From Malacoraja senta (lineage: Eukaryota): a stretch of DNA of 64,000 nt. Where the stretch lies: assembly GCA_038087875.1 (NCBI GenBank), contig CM075989.1, positions 16,618,001 to 16,682,000 of the forward strand. Direction: 5' to 3'. This document shows, piece after piece, positions 37,436 through 48,584 of the stretch. The position numbers and the translations under genes were made by a program. Positions within the stretch are counted from its first letter, which is position 1; each line of letters starts with the position of its first letter. A model generated the notes under the pieces. It was not told where the DNA came from. It made no database searches and saw nothing but the letters and a program-made list of their open reading frames with translations.

Positions 37436-37475
37436 CTGTGCAGTTTTTCTTGTCATCAACATTCTGTCATCTGAA
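37436..37475 (-). pseudogene. Degenerate or frameshifted 40-nt cassette exon homologous to the ARNT-family alternative exon before the bHLH
   Basis: ttttgcttccag|TTCAGATGACAGAATGTTGATGACAAGAAAAACTGCACAG|gtagga. With two small indels it reads SDD-QNVDDK-KLHR, similar to ARNT SDDEQSSADKERLAR, and lies in the equivalent intron. Confidence 0.65.
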
Positions 37476-39714
37476 CTGGAAGCAAAATCATCTCTGCTAA
37501 AGGGAACTAGTTGGCTTTGCCCGAGGAGGGCAAAGTGACACTAGCCCCAGCTCGTTACTAAACCCAATAGGGTTACTCCTACCTTGCATACTTTTCATCA
37601 TGGAGTCTGATCAGCATACCTATAAACAAAATGGGGATTCAATGCCATAGCAGCTCAAAACAGATCCATCCACACTGCATCATCCATATTTATCAATGCT
37701 GCTGGACAGCACGTAGCTGTGCAAAATGTTATAATTACTATTGAGAATTAGAAACCAATTTGAAGGATATCACAAAGAATGTTTCAAAAAAAGTCATATC
37801 CACTTCAAACTATCACTGGCAATTCAGGCATTTACTGTTCGTCATTAACTCTCCCGGACCAGAGCAGACAATTAAGATCAGGTAAAGTTTGTTTTCCTTA
37901 AAGGACATCCATTGTGGCTTTTTTATACACCAATTCAATAGTTTCATGATAATGATCAATGAAACATGCTCTTGATTTTTACATAAATATACTTGAATTG
38001 AAAATCTGCATTTAATTCTGACTCAACCCTCTGGATCAATAGTCCAGATATCTGGCTGCTAATGTATAACAATCAAAAGCCACCAAACCTATCGCACATC
38101 TTACAAAAACACAAGGTCCAGGCTCATGCCACAGTGTCCTGCATTTATACACTTGCTTTCAGTCAGTAATAGAAAAAGATAGGCAGTGATACGAGAGCAG
38201 TGTACTTGCTTGGCCAGAAATCAGGAAATAAATTGTAGGAAAGTCATAGGAAAAATTAAGCATAGTTGCATATGATAGGCACAAAAAAGCTGGAGTAACT
38301 CAACGGGACAGGCAGCATCTCTGGGGAGAAGGAATGGATGACGTTTCGGGTCGAGGTACGTGTAACTAAAGAAATTTTGGACCTGCGATACATTATTTAC
38401 TTAATGAGGCTTATGCTAGGAAAGTAAAGACAGAAAATCCGGAAAAATTCATCAAGTCATGCAGAACCTTGGAGAAAGGAACCGACTCAACATTTCGGGT
38501 CAAAGACCCTTCATCAGAACTGGGAAAAGATTTCAGATTTCCAGCATCTGCAGTTTTTCTTATTTGCATCTTATTCTAGAGTAGATCCAGTTAACTACAC
38601 ATAAGTAGTCATGACGATTCAGTAAATGTCACTTACTTAGATTTTTATAGCCTTCAGAAAGAAAAGAAAATTCACTTAGAAATTCAAAAATGCAGAGATA
38701 GAATACGTCTGAATTTTACACGGATTTATTTATTCATTTAAATGGGCTAATATAATTTATTCACTTTCCTTATATTAGAAGTTACAAGATGTAAATATTG
38801 TAGAAGAATATTCAACTTCCAATGAAGTCTCTTCTAAAGTTTCAAAAGACAAATTGTGTAACACAACATTCCATCTTTGCTTCATATTCATCACATGCAA
38901 CCCTTCCATATCATCTGAAGAATGGACAGCTACAATTTATATCTTATTTCTCAGCTTCCTCTTGTAATCCAATACCACTCTCCCCACCATCCATTCTAAT
39001 ATCAAGATGAATCTTCTGCCTCAATACTGGAAAAACTGAACCAAAAATGTGTGTTTCAAGGGTTAATTCCACCGTCCTCTCCACTGCTCATACCTGGCCC
39101 AGAGGAATGGCACGATTCCATCAACTTGAGCTAGGTTATCACACCTTCACACCAAGAAAGCCTTGGAAGTGTTTAAAGGAAGGTTCCTTAAACTAATCGT
39201 TGGGACAGGAGAATTTTCTAAAGAAACTCGAGTAGGAAAAACTATGGGCTTTTAAAAAGATTTCACTGAAAGCTATAAAGTTCTTGGAACCTTGGTAGAG
39301 TTGATGTAGAGAGGCTGTTTCACTTGCATTAGTGTCTAAAATAATGAGATGTGCTTAGAATAAATGTAAAACCATTATGTATGACATTAAGTAAACAGAT
39401 GGCAGAGTGGGAGAGGGGGGGCTGGACAGACACTCAGGCAGCCGGTCAGGCAGCAGACGGATAGGATTAAAATCCAAGACAACATTGCAAAACAATTTCA
39501 AGGCCAGCTAACATCACCACCAAACATAGAACAGTACAGTACTAGAACAGACACTTCCACCCACAATGTCTGTGCCTAACATGATGCCAGTAAAAACATG
39601 TGCCTGGAAAACCCCTTTAAACAGTGTCCCTCCCATCTCAGAGCTATGCCATCTAGTCTTTGACATTTCTGTCTACAATATCTACGCCTCTCATAATTTT
39701 ATATACTTCTTTCA

Positions 39715-40045
39715 GGGCAGCACAGTGCACAGCGGTAGAGCTGCTGCCTTACAGCGCCAGAGACACGGGTTCAATCCTGACTATTGGTGCTGTCTGCGCA
39801 GAGATTGTATGTTCTCCCTGTGACTGCATGGAATTTCTTCAGGTGCTCCAGTTTCTTCCCACATTCCTTAGACGTGCAAGTTTGTAGGTTTAATGGCTAC
39901 TGCAAATTGCCCCTAGTATGTAGGATGCAGAAGTAGGATAACATAGAACTAGTATATGGGTTATCGCTGGGCGGTGTGGACTTCGTGGGCAAGAGTGTGG
40001 CCTCCGTGGGCAAGAGGGCGTATTTCCACGATGCATCCCAAAACA
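39715..40045 (+). mobile_element. V-SINE (HE1-like)
   Basis: cagcggtagagctgctgccttacagcgcc..gggttcaatcctgact head and V-core. Confidence 0.8.
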
Positions 40046-40264
40046 CTAAAGGGTCCCCCAACCTCCGGCTTTACAGAGAAAATAAGCCAAGTTTGTCCAA
40101 CCTCTCCTTAAAACTAATACCCTCTAATCCAAGCAGCATTCTGGTAAAGATTATCACTGCACCAGAGGTTTGTTAAAATATACTGTGTGCACACTGCTAC
40201 TCAAGTCTCTATTATCCCCTTTGAGAAAGTCTCCCCTTTGAAAATGTCATACGAAAACAACTTT

Positions 40265-40555
40265 TAGTTAACAGATACAGCGTGAAAACAGGCCTTTCGG
40301 CCCACCGAGTCCATGCCAACCAACAATCACCCTGTACACTACTTCTATGCTAAACTCTAGGGACAATTTACAGAAGCATATTAACCTACAAGCCTGCACG
40401 TCTTTGGAGTGTGGGAGGAAACCGGAGGATCCGGAGAAAATCCACGCAGTCACAGGAAGGTGGTGCAAACTCTGCAGACAGCATCCGAGGACAGGGTTAA
40501 ACCCGGGTCTTTGGCGCTGTAAGGCAGCACCTCTACCGCTGTGCCACTGTGCTAC
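40265..40555 (-). mobile_element. V-SINE (HE1-like), inverted relative to the preceding copy
   Basis: Reverse complement of the same head, core and tail. Confidence 0.82.
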
Positions 40556-41379
40556 CCGCTATATGCACTAGATTTTACAGTAATTGCAGTACTTTAGCAG
40601 CATTTCAAAAATGTGTTAAATTCTAGATTTTACAGGTTACTTTGTTCAATAATGCTGCCGCAATGTACTTTGATATATTTTATCTATATTAAAATTCCAT
40701 TTCAATGCAAATTATTAGTTCCCTTTAGAAGTATGCCCTTCTCCAATGACTCATTGCTCAAGAGAACAATAACTGTCAAATCACTCCGTTTCCAAAAGCC
40801 TCAAAAATATTTTTCTGTAACAAAACACCTCATACTTCTCTTCCCTCATTCATTTGTCACACAACAAATTGTGCAACGTCTCACTGCATATTGGTTTATT
40901 TAGTTAGGTTGGCCATGACTATCACTCAGTACAAAGAACTGAAAAATAAAAGACTGCAGATACTGAAAATCTGAAATAAAAACAGGAAATTCAAGAAACA
41001 CTCAGCGGGTCAGACGGCATCTGTGAAAAGAGAACAGGGTTAATGTTTTGGGTTGAAATTCTTCATTAGAATTTGGAAAGTGAGAAAACATGTTAATTTT
41101 AAATAACAGAGATTTATGCAACTTAAAATTAATATGTTTTCTCATTTTCCCAGTTCTAATGAAGAATCTTCAACCTGAAAGTTTAACTCTGTTTCTCTTC
41201 CATAGATGCTGCCATAACCAGCACAACATCTTCTATTTTGTTACTGTAAAAACACAATATCTACCATTTTTAATCAAATACTATGAAAGGTACACGTTGT
41301 GCTCAGACATGCAGCTTCACGTTTTATGACATACCCTATCCAATTAGCAATCAAAGTCCTATACTCCCAAATAACTCAC

Positions 41380-41427
41380 CTTGAAAATTTGCTAGGCCCT
41401 TCTCCATCTTCATCGTCAAAATCCAGT
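41380..41427 (-). CDS. ARNT2: ARNT2 48-nt coding exon (G-LDFDDEDGEGPSKFS-R)
   Basis: Acceptor ttttccttag|, donor AG|gtgagt. The peptide matches ARNT2 (M/L)DFDDEDGEGPSKFSR. Phase 2-2. Confidence 0.95.
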
Positions 41428-42778
41428 CTAAGGAAAAACACACTTGAATCAAAAATTTCATTGCATTTAAGCACAGAATACAGCAAAGCCTTGTAAAATG
41501 TTGAATCAGATTACAGTAAGATGAATAGAATGTTTTTTTCATACATTATGCACTTAGCACCTTCTACTGTTTTCATCATAAAATTTCACTCATGCTGGGA
41601 TAAATACAAGCTATGATACTTGAAGCTAAGTTAGCAGTGATATTTGACAGTTCAAAACCATGAAACATGTCAGAACACTGCAAAAATAAATAAATAGAAA
41701 TAACATCAGATTTATTAGTACAGAGCTAATTATAGCTAAGTAGCTTTTATGTAATTTAACAACAAAGAACTGCAGATGCTGGTTTTCAAAAAAAAGGCAG
41801 TGTGCTGAAGTAACTCAGTCGGTCAGACAGCATCACTGGAGAATATGGATGGGTAACATTTCTGATCGGGATCGTTTTTCAAACCTTTATGTAACTATGT
41901 TGGAGGACTCATAAAATAACATCAATGCCATGCTATAAATTGAGCCAAGGTCGAAGGGTATAAAATAAACTTAGGTTCAATCGTTTATAAACAGATATAC
42001 TGCTTTTTTCAGAAGATCACTGTTTATCAGCTGAGTTTAGGACAATGTACAACAAAAAAACCCCACAATGCTGCTTTTAATCTTAAGCACCAAATCCAAC
42101 CCCCTTGCCCCAAAAACGCGACCATGATTTATGTTCATCTGCTCGCACCTTGCAATGACACATTTGGAAAACAGGTTGATTTACAAAAGACATATAATAG
42201 TTGCTTCATCAAAGGTTACTAAGGAAATGAAAAGCTCTAAGAGCAAGATGAATTGTTATGGATAAAAAAATTGGCTGGCTCACAGTAAACTGAAAGTAGG
42301 CATATATTAGTCTTTTACTGGTTTGCAACATGTAATGATTGGTGTGCCAGATGGATCGGTCCTGGGTTCTCAGTTTATAACGATTCATATGGTTTTGGAT
42401 ATGTGTGAGCACACCAGTGTGAGTGAGATTTAGTGGGCTAAGATCTGGAAAAAAATTGTCAAAAATTACAATTACATTGAAAAATAAAGCATCTGACACT
42501 CTCAGGACTTTAGTGATGCTGGATTGGCAGATATTCTGTACTATTGGATGTTAGTTATTTGTTAAAACATTACACAATTTTGATTCACTTTTTATAAAGT
42601 TTCGTTCAGACCGAAAGGTCTGAATGACAATAAAGGAATCTATCTATCTATCTATCTATCTATAAAGTTGTTCCACAAAAGTGAAAAACATTTCCAGAGA
42701 ACCAAGTGAATTTAGAGACGTAGAAAATTAAAACTGGTGAATTTTAAACATTCACAAGAAATTGAGACCCAATACATA

Positions 42779-44373
42779 CAGTGCCCTCCATAATTATTTG
42801 CCTCTGTACTCCACAATTTGAGATTTGTAATAGAAAAAAATCACATGTGGCTAAAGTATACATTGCACATTTTAATAAAGGCCATTTTTATACATTTTGG
42901 TTTCACCATGTAGAAATTACAGCAGTGTTTATGCATAGTCCCCCCCATTTCAGGGCACCATAATGTTTGGAACACAGCAATGTCATGTAAATGTTTAGTA
43001 TTTTATTGCATGTCCTTTGCATGCAATGACTGCTTGAAGTCTGCGATTCATGGACATCACCAGTTGCTGGGTGTCTTCTCTGGTGATGCTCTGCCAGGCC
43101 TGTATTGCAGCCATCTTTAGCTTATGCTTGCTTTGAGGGCTAGTCCCCTTGAGTTTTCTCTTCAGCATAATAAAGGCATGCTCAATTGGGTTAAGATCGG
43201 GTGATTGACTTGGCCACTCAAGAATTGACCATTTTTTAGCTTTGAAAAACTCCTTTGTTGCTTTAGCAGTAAGTTTGGGATCATTGTCTTGCTGTAGAAT
43301 GAACAGCCGGCCAATGAGTTTTGAGGCATTTGTTTGAACTTGAGCAGATAGGATGTGTCTATACACTTTAGAATTCATTATGCTACTACCATCAGCAGTT
43401 GTATCATCAATGACGATAAGTGAGCCAGTTCCTTCAGCAGCCATACATGCCCAAGCCATTACACCCCCACCACCGTGTTTCACAAATGAAGTGATATGCT
43501 TTGGATCTTGGGCAGTTCCTTCTCTCCTCCGTACTTTGCTCTTGCCATTACTCTGATATGTTAGTCTTCATCTCCTCAAGACATTTTTCCAGAACTGTGG
43601 TTGCTCTTTTAAGTACTTCTTGGCAAACTGTAATCTGGCCATCTTATTTTTGTGGCTAACCAGTGGTTTGCCTCTTGCAGTGTTGCCTCTGTATTTCTGT
43701 TCATGAAGTCTTCTGCGGACAGTGGTCATTGACAAATCCACACCCGACTCCTGAAGAGTGTTTCTGATCTGTCGGACAGGTGTTTGGGGATATTTCTTTA
43801 TTATAGGGAGAATTCTTCTGTCATCAGCTGTGGAGGTCTTCCTTGGCCTGCCAGTCCCTTTGCGATTAGTAAACTCACCAATGCTCTCTTTCTTCTTAAT
43901 GATGTTCCAAACAATTGATTTTGGTGAGCCTAAGGTTTGGCTGATGTCTTTAACAATTTTATTATTGTTTCTCATAATGGCTTATTTGACTTAATTGGCA
44001 CAACTCCACTCCTAATGTTGATAAATAGCAATAAAAGTTTCCAATGTTGATGAAAAGACTGGAGGAAAGACGAGGTGCTGAGAGCACTCTTATACCTGCA
44101 TTAAGGAGGCATTTAAACACACCTGAGCAATTACAAACACCCATGAAGCCATGTGTCCCAAACATTATGGTGCCCTGAAATGGGGGGACTATGTATAAAC
44201 ACAGCTGTAATTTCCTCATGGTGAAACCAAAATGTATAAAAATTGCCTTTATTAAAATCTGACAATGTGCACCTTAACCACATTTGATTTTTTCTATTAT
44301 AAATCTCAAATTGTGGAGTACAAAGGCAAATAAAGAAATGATGGGTCTGTCCCAACCATTATGGAGGGCACTA
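42779..44373 (-). mobile_element. Near full-length Tc1 (DD34E) transposon with long IR/DR-type TIRs, transposase disrupted
   Basis: TA|CAGTGCCCTCCATAAT ... ATTATGGAGGGCACTA|TA. TIRs about 200 bp with internal ccataatgtttgg(g/a)acac repeats. ORFs 43568-43975 (HTH) and 42995-43483 (QQD-34 aa-E). Confidence 0.95.
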
Positions 44374-44394
44374 TATAAAAGGAGCAAGAAAGTA

Positions 44395-44670
44395 GGGGCC
44401 TGGTTAGTTTGTAAGCTTGGGAAAGAGAGCCCTGGTAAGTTTAAAGGGAGCACAGGAAATGGGGCAGGAGAGTTCAAAAGGAGTATGGAAAACAGGGCAT
44501 TCATAAGTTCAAAGAGAGCGTGGGAAACAGTGACTTGGTTAATTTAAAAGGACTGCTGGAAACAGCATCCCTGTAAATTAAATGGACCACTGGTAACTGT
44601 GCCCCTGTAAATTTAAGGAGAGCGTGGGAAACAGAACCATGGTGAGTTTAAAAGGAAGATGTGAAATGGG
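44395..44670 (+). repeat. Degenerate tandem repeat of about 34 bp (GGAAACAG..CTGGTAAGTTTAAAGGGAG), about 8 units
   Basis: Recurrent gg(g)aaacag ... g(t/a)(a/g)a(g/a)tt(t/c)aaa(a/g)gga periodicity. Confidence 0.65.
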
Positions 44671-46743
44671 GGATAGAAGGCCAAGGACTGGTTCATGGTA
44701 TAAGATAAGAGGCAACCTGATGGTTAGCATGGAGATGGAGGACCATGCACCATCTTCAGAACTGCCATTCTCTTATGCTCCAATTGCAACCATGTAACCT
44801 CTAATAAAAGAGGCAACATTGATCCCCAAGAAAATCCATTTAGTTGATCTCTACATGATCTGTTGTGTAATAGCACCTTGATCAGATAGTACTGTCAGTC
44901 TGGTTGAATGCCGCAACATCCACGATACATGATGCTTTCACCAAGAGGTAGTAGGAGGACAGCCAATTTAGGTTCTGCTGATCACTCCCAGAAGAAACTC
45001 TTCATGTTATTTTTAGCTAATAGATGTAAATAATCACACATCATCAGGACTAATGGAAACACTCAGATGGGCAGCAACTGGGGAAAGAGAAATATTTAAC
45101 ATTTCCAATTGAAGACACTTCATTAGGTCTTTAATCTGAAACATTAACTCCGATTCTCTTTCCACAGCTGTTGTCTGATCTCCTGTGTGCTTTTATCATT
45201 TTCTTTTTTATTTCATATCTGGAGTATTTTTTGATTTTCTTTTATCAGGATTAATGTTAAAATTACTTGAACCAATTATTATTTCACTAAATTCCTATTA
45301 CTTAATGCAAAAAAAAAAGAAACGCTCTGATCATTGACAGAAAGCTGCCCTACAAAACCATAACCGTCTCCAAAATCTGAACCTATCATAATTGGTCTGC
45401 TCAGAAAGTCACATACTTGTGGTCACTTTAGATGGATCTGAAAATCAATGTGTACATCATAAGAGACCTCAAAAGATCTGATGTTTAGAAGAGTGATTTG
45501 CATTTTGATAAGGGAGGCGGTGAATGTGTCAAGTGATTCCCCATCTGATAGAAGCAAGAAGCATTCTTGAGCTTAGAGGAGATCTAGTACCTCTACTCTC
45601 ATGCTTCAAATTCATTTTCTCCAGAATGCACTAGTACTGCCGTGGGTAAATTCAGGTCAAAAATGGGTGCAGCGGTGAACCATTCTGCCATTCCAGCTCT
45701 ATGAACCATTCAACAGCATCACGACTGGGGAGACTTTCCTTCTCCCCTGACTCTCAGTCTGAAGAAGGGTCTTGACTCAAAACTTCACCTATTGCTTTTC
45801 TCCAGAGATGCTTTCTGACCCGCTGAGTTACTCCAGCATTTTGTGTCTATCTAACTCAAATATATGCTCATACACGTTTCCCATATGCCTTAGTGAATAT
45901 CAGTTTCAGTCTTGAACATATAACTGAGAATTCATTGTCCCTTGACACAAAAAGAGTTCCGCGCTCTGTGTGAAACAATTCATTCTCACCACAATCCTAA
46001 AGATCTTATCCTCAGGCCATATATCCCAGTTCTGAAGTCTGCTGCAAAGTAGAACATCCATCCTGTCAGAATATATAATGGCCAATTAAGATCGCTCATT
46101 GTTCTAAAATCCAAAAAGCATTAACTAATCTGATTCAATCTCTCTCACCATCCTAATTGACCGTCTCCGGTACGGGGTTGGTATTGATGGCACTGCCCTG
46201 AGCTGGTTCATCTCCTACCTCAAAGACAGGAGTTTCTCTACAAACATAGGCAACACTTTCTCCTCCCCAGCTAGCCTTTGCTGCGGGGTTCCACAAGGCT
46301 CCATCCTAGGCCCCATTCTCTTCTCCCTGTATATGCTCCCCTTAGGCCAAGCCATTCAAAGGCATGGCATTTCCTTCCACTGCTATGCAGACGATACACA
46401 GCTCTATCTCCCCCTGAAACCCAACAACCAATCAAATCTACTCAGCCTTATACACTGCCTCGAGGATATAAAGTGTTGGATGGCCCAGAACTTCCTCCAA
46501 CTAAACGAGAGCAAGTCTGAGGTCATCCTACTCGGCCCCTCGGATTCCATCAAAACAATAGCAGGCAGCCTTGGAAGCCTTACCCCCTTACTCAAAACTC
46601 ACATCAAAAACCTTGGCATGATATTTGACTCCGCGTTGAAGTTTGACAAACAAATCAATGTTGTGGTAAAAGCTAGCTTCTTCCAGCTTCGCACGATAGC
46701 TAAAATAAAAATATTCCTCCAATTTGACGACCTTGAAAAGATC

Positions 46744-46890
46744 TTCTGCTTCTTCTTCTTCTTTCGTGTGGCGTGCACAGCCTAAAGTTGTTACACAACT
46801 TGTTCTATTTGATCTTCCGTTTGTGCACGTCGAGTTGATTGCATTAGTCGAAATAGGGCGGACCACGTGAAGATTGCAATCTTCCACCCC
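46744..46890 (-). mobile_element. Short retroposon with 5' HDV-like ribozyme fold and (GAA)n tail
   Basis: Flanked by cttgaaaagatc (46732-46743) and gttgaaaatatc (46891-46902). Removing it restores the L2 frame DDLEKI-IHSFISSRLD. Confidence 0.85.
46837..46890 (-). ncRNA. Minimal HDV/CPEB3-like self-cleaving ribozyme candidate
   Basis: P1 GGGGTGG/CCGCCCT, P2 GATTGCA/TGCAATC, P3 ATC/GGT, L3 TTCACGT, tiny P4, J4/2 C-TAA. Confidence 0.75.
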
Positions 46891-48584
46891 GTTGAAAATA
46901 TCATCCACTCATTTATCTCCTCCCGCCTTGATTACTGCAACTCCCTTTACACTGGCATCAGCCAATCATCCCTGTCCCGCCTGCAATTGGTCCAAAACGC
47001 CGCAGCGAGACTTCTGACTGGCACCCGAAAAAGGGATCACATCACCCCGATTCTGGCCTCTCTCCACTGGCTCCCAGTGCGGTTCAGAATCACTTTCAAG
47101 CTTCTCCTTTATGTATACAAAGCCCTTAACGGGCTTGCCTCCACCTACAGCAAAAATCTGCTAACCTACCATTCTACCTCCAGGTCCCTCAGGTCGGCTG
47201 ACTTGGGGTTACTGACGATACCGCGGTCCAGGCATAATCTCAGGGGCGACCCCGCTTTTGCAGTTGCAGCACCTAGACTATGGAACAGCATCCCTCTTCC
47301 CATCAGAACTGCCCCCTCCATCAACTCTTTTAAGTCTGGACTAAAAACTTATTTCTACTCACAAGCATTTCTTGAGGTCCTCGGAGGGAGCGCTGTATGT
47401 ATGTATTGTTAGATCTATGTACCACTGTTTGTAGAACGTTAATACCTGCACTGTTGTTAAGCACTTTGGTCAACGAGAGTTGTTTTTAAATGTGCTAAGG
47501 AAATAAAATTGACTTGACTTGACAGGAAAATCTCACACCCAAAGAATCAAAATGGAACTTCTAAGGCAAGGAAATCTGTCTTCAGATAAGGAAACTAAGA
47601 GCACTAAAAATATTCCAGATATGGTATGTTTGCAGTTCTGCAAAGTTGTAGCACAAGTTCTTTACTCTTAATTGATTACAACAGTGCAATAAAACACATA
47701 ATAGATGTGTTTACTGCTTCCTATATGTGTTATAAAACTCCTTGGACAGCATCTTCCAAACCCATGACCTCTGCCAACCAGGTCAGGGGCAGCAAAATCC
47801 AAGGAACATAATCAACTGGAAATTGCCCTCCATGCCACACACCATACTGGCTTGGAAATATATCGCTGTTTCTTCAACGCCGCTGGGACAAATTTCTGAA
47901 AATCTCTCCCTAACACCCTTGTGGGTATACCAACACCTCGAGGACTACCGTGGTTCACAAAGACAGCTCACTACTATCTTCCCAAGGACAATTAAGAATG
48001 GGCGATTAAATACTCGCTCAGTCCTCATCCCTTGAATGAATAAAAATAAAATTGTTTCATTTACCAGTTATTCCAGATCCTTTTGCAGGACGACATTTAC
48101 TTGTGCTTTGCCGTGTAATAAATGCTCTATTTTACTATATTATCACGATGAAGAATCTCACATATTTGCTCCATCTGCTGCCCCTTTATTCTCTCACAAT
48201 CCATTTCCTGTCTTAGACTCTGATGCTGCTCAGAAATCACGTCTAGCATTAATATGATGCCAATATTGTATCCCACTTTTCAGCCCATGCCAGAATGTTG
48301 TCTAGGTCTTGGTGCACAGACTGCTTTATTTTCTGAGAAGTTACGAATGGAATTAAGCATAGTGCAAAGATTAGCAATACAAAAACATACAACTTTTAAG
48401 ATGGAATGAGGGACATTGATGAAGCAGCAAACGATATGCGGGCCTAGGACATTGTCCTGAGGAGCTTCGACAGTGACCTCCTGGGGCTGGGATGATTGAT
48501 CTCCAAAGACCTCCTTTGTGTAAGGTATGTCTCTAACTATTAAAGTGTTTACTTTTTGATGTCCATTGACTTCAGTTTTACCAT

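Larger units (their letters stand above)
46145..47523 (+). mobile_element. L2-clade LINE 3' portion, interrupted by a 147-nt insertion
   Basis: GVPQGSILGP, CYADDTQLY, SRLDYCNSL, LQLVQNAAAR, LHWLP. (GACTT)n tail. Confidence 0.93.

Noticed and set aside
38356..38363. TACGTG (HRE/CME-type site) suggesting ARNT2 autoregulation
   Set aside because: A 6-mer expected by chance in 64 kb, and it lies at a repeat junction.
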